From: Myxococcota bacterium
GTDB lineage: Bacteria; Myxococcota_A; SURF-8
Length of the DNA: 64,000 nt
Direction: 5' to 3'
Assembly (NCBI GenBank): GCA_965140415.1
Contig: OZ223209.1
Coordinates: forward strand, 4,512,001-4,576,000
This document shows, one piece after another, positions 46,598-55,900 of this stretch. A model generated the notes under the pieces. That model had not been told where the DNA came from. It worked only from the letters and a program-made list of their open reading frames with translations, and ran no database searches. Position 1 is the stretch's first letter, and every line of letters begins with the position of its first letter. The translations under genes were made by a program, and so were the position numbers.

Positions 46598-49500
46598 CTA
46601 CTTACCCCAACTGTAATCGCAGCCATCGAACGTGTCGCCGGAGTTACATCCCGGAGCCGCACAGGCATTCAAACCAGCGCAATCAATGTCTTCCGCCGTG
46701 CAACCACAGTCGCAATCATCATCTCCGTACCAGCTATCGTTGCAACTCCAATCGACCGGAACACTGGATTCAACATCCGTGTCGCCATCGACCACATCGC
46801 CATCCACATCACCATCGACCGAGCAGTCGGCAGTGTCATCAAAGTGATCGTCTGGGTAGACAATGGCGCAGAAGTCGTCGCAGTAATCATCACCCTGCCA
46901 CATGCAAGGATCCGCCGCCGCGCAGGAACAGTTGTCGTAGTAGGTGCCACACACATAGGAATCGCAGGTATCATAATTGCAGGCGCAACCTTCAATGGCA
47001 TCTACACAAACACCGGAATCATAACCAGCACCGATGCAACCTGCGTTGCAGTCGCCGTAACCGTAACAGTCCGCCACGTCGCCATCGACCACATCGCCAT
47101 CGACCACGTCGCCGTCTACGACATCACCGTCCACCACGTCACCGTCGACCACGTCGCCGTCCACCACATCACCGTCTACCACCGCATCACCGGTCGTGAT
47201 CGTCAGGGTGTAATCGTAAAGATCACCGGGAGCGAAAGTAGTCAGCACCAGCACCAACTGCTGGCAATCGCCAATGGCGAGATCATCAAAGCCAGAGCAC
47301 AAGCCATTGAAGTCATCGCTGTAGGCATAGCAACCCGAGGGGCTACTGGGATCGAAGGTCTGATTGTAAACCGCCATCACGCTGTCGCCATCACCGCAGG
47401 TGATGTCGATATCCAGGGTTTGCGCCTGACCGGTCATGTTGACGATTTTGTACACATCGTAATGTACGCCAACGCCAGCACCAGAAGCCATCGCACAGCC
47501 TTCGCCATAGTAACGGTCATAGGTCGGATCGGAAACGTCCACAGCCCCTGTTTCGACCAGCGATTCGCCTAGCGGCATAATCTCATTCGCATCCTGATCC
47601 GGATCGCAAACCACGTCACCATCGACCACATCGCCATCGACCATATCACCATCAATCACATCACCATCCACATCGCCGTCGACCGAGCAGTCGGCGGTGT
47701 CGTCGAAGTGATCGTCCGGGTAGACAATGGCGCAGTAGTCGTCGCAGTAATCATCACCCTGCCACATGCAAGGATCCGCCGCCGCGCAGGAGCAGTTGTC
47801 GTAGTACATGCCACACACATAGGCATCGCAGCTATCATAATTGCAGGCGCAACCTTCAATCGCATCCACGCACATACCGGAATCGTAACCAGCACCAACA
47901 CAAAGCGAATCACAGTCGCCGTAGCCGTAACAGTCTGCCACGTCACCGTCTACCACATCGCCATCAACCACATCACCGTCGATCACGTCACCGTCCACCG
48001 AGCAATCGATGCTGTCATCGAAGTAATCATCCGGGTACGCAATCGCACAGTAATCATCACAGTAACCATCTTCCTGCCATGCACAGGGGTCCGCCGCCGC
48101 GCAGGAGCAGTTATCGTAGTAGGTACCGCACACATAGGCATCACAGCTATCGTAGCTGCATACACAACCCTGGGTCGCGTCCGAGCACACACCCGAATCA
48201 TAACCCGCATCGATGCAACCCGCGCTGCAATCGCCGTACCCGTAGCAATCAACCATGTCGCCGTCGACCACATCGCCGTCGACCACATCACCATCGATCA
48301 TGTCACCGTCAACCGAACAATCGATGCTGTCATCGAAAGAATCATCCGGGTACACAATCGCACAGTAATCATCGCAGTAACCATCTTCCTGCCATGCACA
48401 GGGATCCGCCGCCGCGCAGGAGCAGTTATCATAGTAGGTACCGCACACATAGGAATCACAGCTATCGTAATTGCAGGCACAACCTTGAATGGCATCTACA
48501 CACATACCGGAATCGTAACCGGCGCCAACACAAAGCGAATCACAGTCGCCGTAACCGTAGCAGTCTGCCATGTCGCCATCGACCATGTCACCATCAACCA
48601 TGTCACCATCAACCATGTCACCGTCGATCATGTCACCGTCGATCATGTCACCGTCGACCATGTCACCGTCGATCATGTCACCGTCGACCATGTCACCGTC
48701 GACCATGTCACCGTCGACCATGTCACCGTCGATCACGTCACCGTCGACTACATCACCGTCAGTACCACCACAATCACCGCAACCGAAGGATTCAACTTCG
48801 CCAACGCAAGTTGCATCCCAAATCGTGTCGCAGCACCAGCTGTCATAGAAACACACGCAATCGTTGATGGCCGTATCGCTACAACCACCGGTTTCATGCG
48901 GAGTACAGCAATCGCCGAGAACCACGTCACCATCAACCACGTCACCGTCGACCATGTCGCCGTCAACCATGTCGCCATCGACCATGTCGCCATCGACGCC
49001 ATCACCATCAACCACTACACAGCTGACATTCATGACGCCCGGAGTTCCGTAGTGCGGGCCATCGGCCACATACTCGGAAGCACCATGACACCAATAGGCA
49101 GCATTGTCGTTGTATGTCGGATCGTAGTAATCCACATCCAGTTGCCAGGAGTAACCGGCATCCTGCGACCATTCCGTAGCATCCACGGAATTGATCAACG
49201 TGCCCGTGGTACCATCAACGTACAGGCGTAGCGCATCACCGCTGTTGTTCAGCGAAAACGCGAAATCATACGCCACGTTGGTCAGCCCACCGTTTTCAGC
49301 AGGATTATCCGAACCCGCAAACAGCAGGGTTTCATTGGCACCGATTGTCAGATCTTCCGGAAGAACTTCGCAGTTCGTATCGGCAGAATCGCACAGGGTC
49401 AAGCCACCCAGGCTCAGGATCTCATCGGTCATGTTGTAAATTTCAAGCCATTCACCAAGCTGCTCGGGAACGGTTCCGGTCGTATTGGCCAAAAATTCCG

Positions 49501-50419
49501 TGAAGATGATATCTCCAACATCAGGCAACGGATAGCTCATGTCACCATCAACCATGTCGCCGTCGACCATGTCACCATCAACCATGTCGCCATCAACCAT
49601 GTCGCCATCGACCATGTCGCCGTCAATCATGTCGCCGTCAATCATGTCGCCGTCAATCATGTCGCCGTCAATCACGTCGCCGTCAATCATGTCGCCATCA
49701 ATCATGTCGCCGTCAATCACGTCGCCGTCAACCACGTCGCCGTCAACCACGTCGCCGTCAACCACGTCGCCGTCAATCACGTCGCCGTCAATCACGTCGC
49801 CGTCAATCACGTCACCGTCAACCACGTCGCCGTCAACCACGTCGCCGTCAATCACGTCGCCGTCAATCACGTCGCCGTCAACCATGTCGCCGTCAACATC
49901 GCCGTCGGTATCACCATCGACTACATCACCGTCAACTTTGTCGCCGTCAACCACGTCACCATCGACCTTGTCACCATCGACTTGATCGCCGTCGACCTGG
50001 TCACCATCAACCTGATCGCCGTCGACCAGATCGCCATCAATCGAAGTGTCGGCATCGCCATCCGTGTCGCCCGGATTTGTCCAGGTGCACTGGAAGCCAT
50101 CCTGACCACCTTCATCGATGCAGTCGAAGAAGCCATCACATTCTTCGATTTCAGCACATCCCAGATATTTGGTGGGGAAGTCGGCAGGCGGATTCTCACA
50201 GGTCGCGGTGCAAAGCGCCGTCAATTCCGCATTTTCATACCCTAAACTTGCAGCGCATTCCGTAGCCAGTTCGCATGCCGCTTCACAATAAGGCAAGCAA
50301 TACTCAAGCTGTCCTTCGAAATCGCCATCGGTTGCGGTTTCGTCATCGCCGCCACATCCACCGGCTCCCATCGCCATGATGCTGACCAGCAATAGAAGTA
50401 ACCATCTTAGATCTTTCAT
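46598..50419 (-). CDS. Giant acidic surface lipoprotein: DGDxx repeats, lamin-tail-like domain, Cys-rich modules
   Basis: RBS GAGGAG and MKDLRW...GAGGC lipoprotein signal. GDIIFTEFLAN...EWLEIYN...FSLNNSGD...GTPG resembles a lamin-tail domain. Internal repeats are listed separately. Confidence 0.85.
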   Translation of the reverse strand: MKDLRWLLLLLVSIMAMGAGGCGGDDETATDGDFEGQLEYCLPYCEAACELATECAASLGYENAELTALCTATCENPPADFPTKYLGCAEIEECDGFFDCIDEGGQDGFQCTWTNPGDTDGDADTSIDGDLVDGDQVDGDQVDGDQVDGDKVDGDVVDGDKVDGDVVDGDTDGDVDGDMVDGDVIDGDVIDGDVVDGDVVDGDVIDGDVIDGDVIDGDVVDGDVVDGDVVDGDVIDGDMIDGDMIDGDVIDGDMIDGDMIDGDMIDGDMVDGDMVDGDMVDGDMVDGDMVDGDMSYPLPDVGDIIFTEFLANTTGTVPEQLGEWLEIYNMTDEILSLGGLTLCDSADTNCEVLPEDLTIGANETLLFAGSDNPAENGGLTNVAYDFAFSLNNSGDALRLYVDGTTGTLINSVDATEWSQDAGYSWQLDVDYYDPTYNDNAAYWCHGASEYVADGPHYGTPGVMNVSCVVVDGDGVDGDMVDGDMVDGDMVDGDVVDGDVVLGDCCTPHETGGCSDTAINDCVCFYDSWCCDTIWDATCVGEVESFGCGDCGGTDGDVVDGDVIDGDMVDGDMVDGDMVDGDMIDGDMVDGDMIDGDMIDGDMVDGDMVDGDMVDGDMADCYGYGDCDSLCVGAGYDSGMCVDAIQGCACNYDSCDSYVCGTYYDNCSCAAADPCAWQEDGYCDDYCAIVYPDDSFDDSIDCSVDGDMIDGDVVDGDVVDGDMVDCYGYGDCSAGCIDAGYDSGVCSDATQGCVCSYDSCDAYVCGTYYDNCSCAAADPCAWQEDGYCDDYCAIAYPDDYFDDSIDCSVDGDVIDGDVVDGDVVDGDVADCYGYGDCDSLCVGAGYDSGMCVDAIEGCACNYDSCDAYVCGMYYDNCSCAAADPCMWQGDDYCDDYCAIVYPDDHFDDTADCSVDGDVDGDVIDGDMVDGDVVDGDVVCDPDQDANEIMPLGESLVETGAVDVSDPTYDRYYGEGCAMASGAGVGVHYDVYKIVNMTGQAQTLDIDITCGDGDSVMAVYNQTFDPSSPSGCYAYSDDFNGLCSGFDDLAIGDCQQLVLVLTTFAPGDLYDYTLTITTGDAVVDGDVVDGDVVDGDVVDGDVVDGDVVDGDVVDGDVADCYGYGDCNAGCIGAGYDSGVCVDAIEGCACNYDTCDSYVCGTYYDNCSCAAADPCMWQGDDYCDDFCAIVYPDDHFDDTADCSVDGDVDGDVVDGDTDVESSVPVDWSCNDSWYGDDDCDCGCTAEDIDCAGLNACAAPGCNSGDTFDGCDYSWGK
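46817..48565 (-). repeat. Four copies of a 255-bp (85-aa, 14-Cys) module
   Basis: Copies at ~48311-48565, 47996-48250, 47681-47935 and 46817-47071 (DCYGYGDC...CAAADPC.WQ.D.YCDD.C...FDD..DCSV). Confidence 0.9.
49538..50038 (-). repeat. 15-bp coding tandem array, ~34 x DGD(V/M/Q/K)(V/I)
   Basis: gtcgccgtcaatcat-type units. Further blocks lie at ~48569-48763, ~48924-49010 and ~47075-47180. Confidence 0.95.
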
Positions 50420-50794
50420 CTGTACTCTCCTCATTGGCTGAATTAACAGGCTAACCTTTAAGCCGACTAAAAAACGAAACAATATCTTAGTTTCTGGTCA
50501 TAAAATAACATCACGTTGAATAGCCCAATCACAAAACAAACGCACACCACACCCGCGATCAACAACAAACCGTCGTTCCCGCGCCGGCGCTGTGGACGTT
50601 CGCCCCACTTCCGTAAATGCTCGGTCTACCTATTCAACGATGCAATACTACCCAATCAATGGAAATTACCCTACCGGATCAACCACTGTTTTGTCAAGGG
50701 CTTTATCAACCATACTGTATTCATTGCTTGGTTACAATCGATACAATATCACCTAGTTTTCATGCAAGATAGAGGCGAAATGGGAGTTGAGAGC

Positions 50795-51862
50795 TTACAA
50801 GTGCTGCATAATGCGCCTTGAACGTGCCCGACGTAACTTTTCGCGCACCATGATCATCGCCACCCGCTGGCTAGGTTGGCGCTGTTGATCGGACTGATAC
50901 AGGACACGCTCGATTGTTTCGTAAATTCCATTGGTTAGGATTGCCGCCTTGGCAGCATCGTAATGGTGTACCTCACAGGCATTGGCATACAATCCACCTG
51001 CATTCACGGCAAAATCCGGTGCGTAATCGATGCTTCTCTCATGAAGCATACGCCCATGCCAATCCGGCTTAATCAGTTGATTGTTGGCGGAACCGGCCAC
51101 ACATTTGGCTTGCAGCCGCGGAATCGACGTTCCATCAAGCACCCAACCATCGCCGCATGGACTGAAGATGTCGCATTCCGTATCGTACACTTGTTCTATC
51201 TCTATGATTTTACCATTGAATTCACGAGCAGCGATTTCCGCTTTCTCGGCAACCGTATCGGCAACCATCAACTCCGCTCCAGACATGTGCAGCATTTCAC
51301 ATAGGCCGTAGCCCACTACCCCAACACCGTAGACCAGCACTTTTACTCCACGCAAACTATCGGTTTTGAAGCGCCGACGCACCAGCGCCTCAATTCCCCG
51401 TAGTACTCCTAGAGAGGTAAAATAAGATGAAAATCCGGTTCCGCCACTGGTTCCACCGCAAGCAAAAGGAGTTGCCGTTTTCAATACATCCATATCTTGT
51501 GGGTGAGTTCCCAGATCTTCCGTCGCCACTACGTGACCGTTGAGCCGATCGATCAGGCGTCCATACGCTTCGAACAAAATCCGTCGATCCGCCACATCCT
51601 CTCCCGGATCGATCAGCACACCACAGGCTCCTCCAAAGGGGATATTGGCCATGGCGGCTTTGTAGGTGTTCAACTGCGCCACCATCACCGCTTCGTCTAA
51701 TGCTCGCTTTTCATTGAGGCAGGGATGAAAGCGTGTTGAACACAAAGCCGGTCCCAAAAGCGTGCTGTGAATGGCGATCACGGCACGTAACCCGGTTTCA
51801 TCGTCCTGGGCGACCATCAGTTCCTCAACGCCCGAATGCAATGGATGTCGAATATCCAGCAC
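50795..51862 (-). CDS. Leu/Phe/Val dehydrogenase homologue with degenerate active site
   Basis: GLRAVIAIHSTLLGPAL, TYK, EDLG, GVGVVG, GSANNQL and PDFAVNAGG motifs. The GGGK motif reads GGAC. Confidence 0.85.
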   Translation of the reverse strand: MLDIRHPLHSGVEELMVAQDDETGLRAVIAIHSTLLGPALCSTRFHPCLNEKRALDEAVMVAQLNTYKAAMANIPFGGACGVLIDPGEDVADRRILFEAYGRLIDRLNGHVVATEDLGTHPQDMDVLKTATPFACGGTSGGTGFSSYFTSLGVLRGIEALVRRRFKTDSLRGVKVLVYGVGVVGYGLCEMLHMSGAELMVADTVAEKAEIAAREFNGKIIEIEQVYDTECDIFSPCGDGWVLDGTSIPRLQAKCVAGSANNQLIKPDWHGRMLHERSIDYAPDFAVNAGGLYANACEVHHYDAAKAAILTNGIYETIERVLYQSDQQRQPSQRVAMIMVREKLRRARSRRIMQHL

Positions 51863-52045
51863 CGTCTTCCTCCCTTTTCCACCGGTTATCGGCGACTTCG
51901 TCAGTGTATTCTAAAATGCCGTTCGATGCAAAATTTGAAAAAAGCTTGCACACGGCTCGATGACGGGTATACTTCCCCGGTCGTAGGAAGCTCCTGGCGC
52001 AAAGCGCCAAAGGATTGGTTTTATATAATTTCGAAGGAGAAGGTC

Positions 52046-52198
52046 ATGGGCCGTTCGGACAATCGGCATTCGATGAAGATGCGCCGTCACGTTGGTGCGA
52101 ATAAGAAGAAAGCGCGTATGCAGCGCAAGGCCGAAGCCGTGCGACAGGAACGTCGCAACAAGAAATCCAACTCTCACGCGGCTACCTCTCAAGGCTAA
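52046..52198 (+). CDS. Small basic (R/K-rich) 50-aa protein
   Basis: Strong RBS AAGGAG upstream of ATG. Sequence MGRSDNRHSMKMRRHVGANKKKARMQRKAEAVRQERRNKK... Confidence 0.65.
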   Translation: MGRSDNRHSMKMRRHVGANKKKARMQRKAEAVRQERRNKKSNSHAATSQG

Positions 52199-52481
52199 CC
52201 CGACCGCAGACTGCATCTCCGTCCCCACCCATTCTTAGTTACATCTGAGAAAGGGACGGTTACTCCCGCATCATGCATAAGCCGGTTCTCAAGGAGTCAA
52301 GCTCCTGGGGGATTGGTTTATGTTTTGGTATACTCTCAAAATCGAACAAGTCTGACTATCAAGCAACATTCATTCTAGTTTGCAGCTGATGATCCAATCA
52401 ATATTTCAGGAATCATTCCGATTTAAAACACATCTAAAAAACGTGTCTTTATTTTCTGATCGGAAATGGAGGATTTTCAGG

Positions 52482-53168
52482 ATGGTGAACATAACGACCG
52501 ACCGGACTATTACCAGATTTTCTTTGTTAATTATCGTGTTATTTGTCGGAATGGCATGTTCGGACAATGATGATACTACGTTGGATGGCGATCTGGAAAA
52601 CTCTCCATCCGAACAGGAATGGGAAACCGTTGAAGATGGCGATAGCGAATTTGCGACGGTTCCTCAAACCATTTTTTCCGAGTATTCGGCTGAAGAAAAA
52701 ACCGTTGCCTATGTGGATTTGGACCGGTATTTGGGAAAATGGTATGAAATAGCAACATTTGTCATTCCTTTCCAACAAGGTTGTACAGGTTCTACGGCGA
52801 CGTATGCCTTTAACGAAGCCGACTCCAGCGTTTCCGTTACCAACGAATGCTTCCTGGATTCGCTTGATGGGGAATATAAAGTCGACACTGCCCGTGCCAT
52901 CATCGTAAATGAAACCACAAACGCAGAATTAATTGTCTATTTCACCGAAGAGATCGGTGCGGATTATTGGATTATCGAATTGGACGGTCAGGATTCCGAA
53001 GATCCATATGAATGGGCTGTGGTGGGGAGCAGTTTTCCCATTTTCCTGTGGGTGTTAAGTAGAACGCCACAAATGGATTCGGAACGTTTGGAACTAATTT
53101 TGGACCGATTGGAAGAGCGGGAATACAACCTGGATAATCTGAGCTATACCGCACAACCAGAAGGATAA
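52482..53168 (+). CDS. blc: Lipocalin (Blc-like) lipoprotein
   Basis: Lipobox GMAC, VDLDRYLGKWYEIA, DYWII and LWVLSRTP. RBS GGAGG. Confidence 0.85.
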   Translation: MVNITTDRTITRFSLLIIVLFVGMACSDNDDTTLDGDLENSPSEQEWETVEDGDSEFATVPQTIFSEYSAEEKTVAYVDLDRYLGKWYEIATFVIPFQQGCTGSTATYAFNEADSSVSVTNECFLDSLDGEYKVDTARAIIVNETTNAELIVYFTEEIGADYWIIELDGQDSEDPYEWAVVGSSFPIFLWVLSRTPQMDSERLELILDRLEEREYNLDNLSYTAQPEG

Positions 53169-53395
53169 CATGCAAGATTGACATTCTTCCAACTCCTAAA
53201 AATCTCTACTTATCTGGCTTATAAGCGGACACTCGTGCGCACAAAGCGAACATCCACAGATAGTTCAAGTTAAGCTCTATTTTCATTGGCTTAGGCGCTG
53301 CATTCGGTTATACTGTCCCGAATGAATACTAACCGTGCGCCTATTACTTATGAAATCAAATGGATAGCGGCGCTCAATGGGGATAGCTTGGTAGA

Positions 53396-54460
53396 ATGCC
53401 CGCCCAAACACTGAAACATTACGTCGACTTCAACAATCCGGTTGCAAGGCTGTATTTGTCGTTCATGCTTATGCTGACCATGTTCGGAGTTGGAATCATC
53501 GGCTACAGCATCATCGGACAGGGCGACTGGTCGCTGTTGGACTGCGCCTACATGACCGTCATTACGCTGACCACGGTCGGATATGGAGAAATCGTAGACA
53601 TTTCCCACTATCCCGCGGCCCGCGTCTTTACCATGGTATTGATCCTGATGGGGATGGGCACCATCCTCTTTTTCGTGTCCAGCATGACGGCATTCGTGGT
53701 GGAAGGACAATTACAGGATATCCTTCGGAGAAAACGGATGAAAAAAGCGATCGAACAATTGGAAGATCATGTCATTATCTGCGGTCTCGGCGAAACGGGT
53801 TTGCACATCACCTCGGAAATGCTGGCAATTCACAAACCGGTGGTTCTGATCGACATGAACGAGGAGCGCCTGCGCAACATCTGCGAAACATTGCAGGTGG
53901 AACTGCCTTACATCGTCGGCGACGCCACCGACGATCACGTCCTGATGGAAGCCGGAGTCATGCGCGCCAGCGGTTTGATTGCGGCAGGTACCGAAGATAA
54001 AGACAACGCATTCATCATCGTTTCGGCCAAACAGTTGAATTCCGGGCTGCGCATCGTAACCAAGGCGATCAGCGTGCAGAGCGAACGGAAACTGCGCCGC
54101 ATCGGCGCGGATCGGGTCGTGACGACCACTCGCATCGGTGGCTTGCGTATGGCCAGCGAAATGCTGCGCCCCACGGTCACTACCTTTCTGGATCGCATGA
54201 TGCGCGATCAGGAAGTGGCCATGCGCATCGAAGAAGTGGACATCCTGCCCGGCTCGCCTTTTGTGGGAAGATCTCTAATCGAACTCGATATTCGCCGCAT
54301 GATGGATCTGACGGTCATTGCCATCGAAAACAAAAAAGAACGCAAATACCATTTCAACCCGGAAGCCATGTTCGTATTACAGGACGGGCTGACTCTGATC
54401 TGCCTGGGTGCCATCGATTCGATCGTTCAATTGCGCCGCATGGCCAAACCGGACAAGTAA
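53396..54460 (+). CDS. Potassium channel (2TM pore + RCK/TrkA-N and TrkA-C)
   Basis: TLTTVGYG selectivity filter, HVIICGLGETG and GDAT motifs. Confidence 0.92.
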   Translation: MPAQTLKHYVDFNNPVARLYLSFMLMLTMFGVGIIGYSIIGQGDWSLLDCAYMTVITLTTVGYGEIVDISHYPAARVFTMVLILMGMGTILFFVSSMTAFVVEGQLQDILRRKRMKKAIEQLEDHVIICGLGETGLHITSEMLAIHKPVVLIDMNEERLRNICETLQVELPYIVGDATDDHVLMEAGVMRASGLIAAGTEDKDNAFIIVSAKQLNSGLRIVTKAISVQSERKLRRIGADRVVTTTRIGGLRMASEMLRPTVTTFLDRMMRDQEVAMRIEEVDILPGSPFVGRSLIELDIRRMMDLTVIAIENKKERKYHFNPEAMFVLQDGLTLICLGAIDSIVQLRRMAKPDK

Positions 54461-54495
54461 GCGGGGTGGCAGATTGCATCCCTGAGAACGGTCCG

Positions 54496-54513
54496 AGCGG
54501 ACATGTCCGCTAC
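54496..54513 (-). repeat. GTAG-type REP-like palindrome
   Basis: Minus strand GTAGCGGACATGTCCGCT, containing a perfect 16-bp palindrome. Confidence 0.45.
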
Positions 54514-54531
54514 GGCTGAAAGATAAACAAC

Positions 54532-54999
54532 ATGGTAGATACTAAACATAATGACGATTTGGAACGAGTAATATACATCTGTCAAGTGTTCGACTATGCA
54601 TTTGGGCATGCTGGATTATACACCATCAATGACCCGATTGCCATGGGGTATAATACATTTGCTTGCATCCATCTTGTGTTTACGATGTTCCTGGTTGACA
54701 AAAAAGAAGATAAACCCATAGGCGGCTTCATCTACCCTATCCTTTCCAAAATGGGAAAGGAATCCCTGCTTGATAATGTGCAGGCCGTTCTTTGTGAAAA
54801 TCTTGGTGACATTACGTTCGAAGACTACCTAAGGAAGTACCGGAATAAATTGGCAACCCACGGCGACCTATCGATTGATTCTTTACCGACTATTCACAAG
54901 GAATTGGTTATTAGCGACAGAACAAATGATAGAATCTTGGAATTAATTGACAAACTTCGTTATGCTGTAGACAACCTGCTAAACGAACTACGCAAATAA
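54532..54999 (+). CDS. AT-rich orphan, putative HEPN-domain protein
   Basis: Helical 155-aa protein with YRNKLATH (R-x5-H). Visibly more AT-rich than its neighbours. Confidence 0.5.
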   Translation: MVDTKHNDDLERVIYICQVFDYAFGHAGLYTINDPIAMGYNTFACIHLVFTMFLVDKKEDKPIGGFIYPILSKMGKESLLDNVQAVLCENLGDITFEDYLRKYRNKLATHGDLSIDSLPTIHKELVISDRTNDRILELIDKLRYAVDNLLNELRK

Positions 55000-55231
55000 C
55001 GTAATCTTTCTTATCATGACCCCTCGTATTATTGAACTTCAAACCCAGCAGCAAAGTCATGCAGATGTTTTACTCAACCCGCAAAGCAGAGAACGGCCCG
55101 CCTTTCTAAATCTCTTCTAATCTACTTCACATTCCGCTTTGCACTTGATCCGGCATTCGCAGACAGGTATGCTAATCTAAGAAGCACGTTGTTTCTCTAT
55201 TCGTGAAGCGAATCCTGTAGGGGAGTGGAAC

Positions 55232-55900
55232 ATGCACCGATATTGGGTGATTGATGCAGTTGTAATCATAGCGATAGCTCTTTCTCTCTTTGCCTGCGGC
55301 GAAGAGGACGAACCGACCGCTGACGGCGATGACGAACTGGTCGTCACCTTCGATGATGGCGACATCCAGATCGGAAATCCCGACGGTGACACGAGCGAAA
55401 CGGATGCCGACCCCTTGCCTCCATTGGATGACGGTCCGATTTCCTGCTTGCCGGTTTGCTATGTCTACTGCGAACGCACCGGTGCCTGCGATGCGGATTA
55501 CAGCGAACAGAATGTGGATTCCTGCAAAACGGCCTGCGAACAGGCGGAAGAATCCGCTTCCGTCGCGACGAACCTGATCGCCTGCGCCTACGAATCGGAT
55601 TGCGACAAGTTCACCGCCTGCACGGACAATCACGGCGACACCAGCTTTCAATGCATCTGGGCCGAGATGGAAGATGGCGATATCGACCCGGAAGTGACGG
55701 CGGAGATGGCACTGTGCCAGTCCTTTTGCGACCGTCAGTACGAATGCGACCAGAGCGGCCAGTTGACGGAAGACAACTTAGCTTTCTGCCGCGAAAGTTG
55801 TGTAAACGATCCCGACAGCGATGATCCGCGCCAGATCTGTGCCGATGCACCGAATTGCACGGCTTTTCACGCCTGCATCGATGAGGTGGAAAACGGATGA
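55232..55900 (+). CDS. Cys-rich acidic lipoprotein (10-Cys + 8-Cys domains)
   Basis: Lipobox LFAC, DGD motifs and CxxxCxxxCx5C patterns. Confidence 0.75.
   Translation: MHRYWVIDAVVIIAIALSLFACGEEDEPTADGDDELVVTFDDGDIQIGNPDGDTSETDADPLPPLDDGPISCLPVCYVYCERTGACDADYSEQNVDSCKTACEQAEESASVATNLIACAYESDCDKFTACTDNHGDTSFQCIWAEMEDGDIDPEVTAEMALCQSFCDRQYECDQSGQLTEDNLAFCRESCVNDPDSDDPRQICADAPNCTAFHACIDEVENG

Noticed and set aside
46573-49985. Plus-strand ORFs with (MSPST)n, (DHVTV)n or His/Arg-rich repeats
   Set aside because: Antisense shadows of the 15-bp DGDxx arrays. The minus-strand ORF has the RBS, signal peptide and domain structure.
48569-50038. Tandem arrays as a possible CRISPR
   Set aside because: Contiguous degenerate 15-bp units with no unique spacers, in frame within a CDS, and no cas genes.
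51836-52045. 120-aa version of the small basic ORF
   Set aside because: The upstream part overlaps the dehydrogenase start and lacks an RBS; the strong SD precedes ATG 52046.
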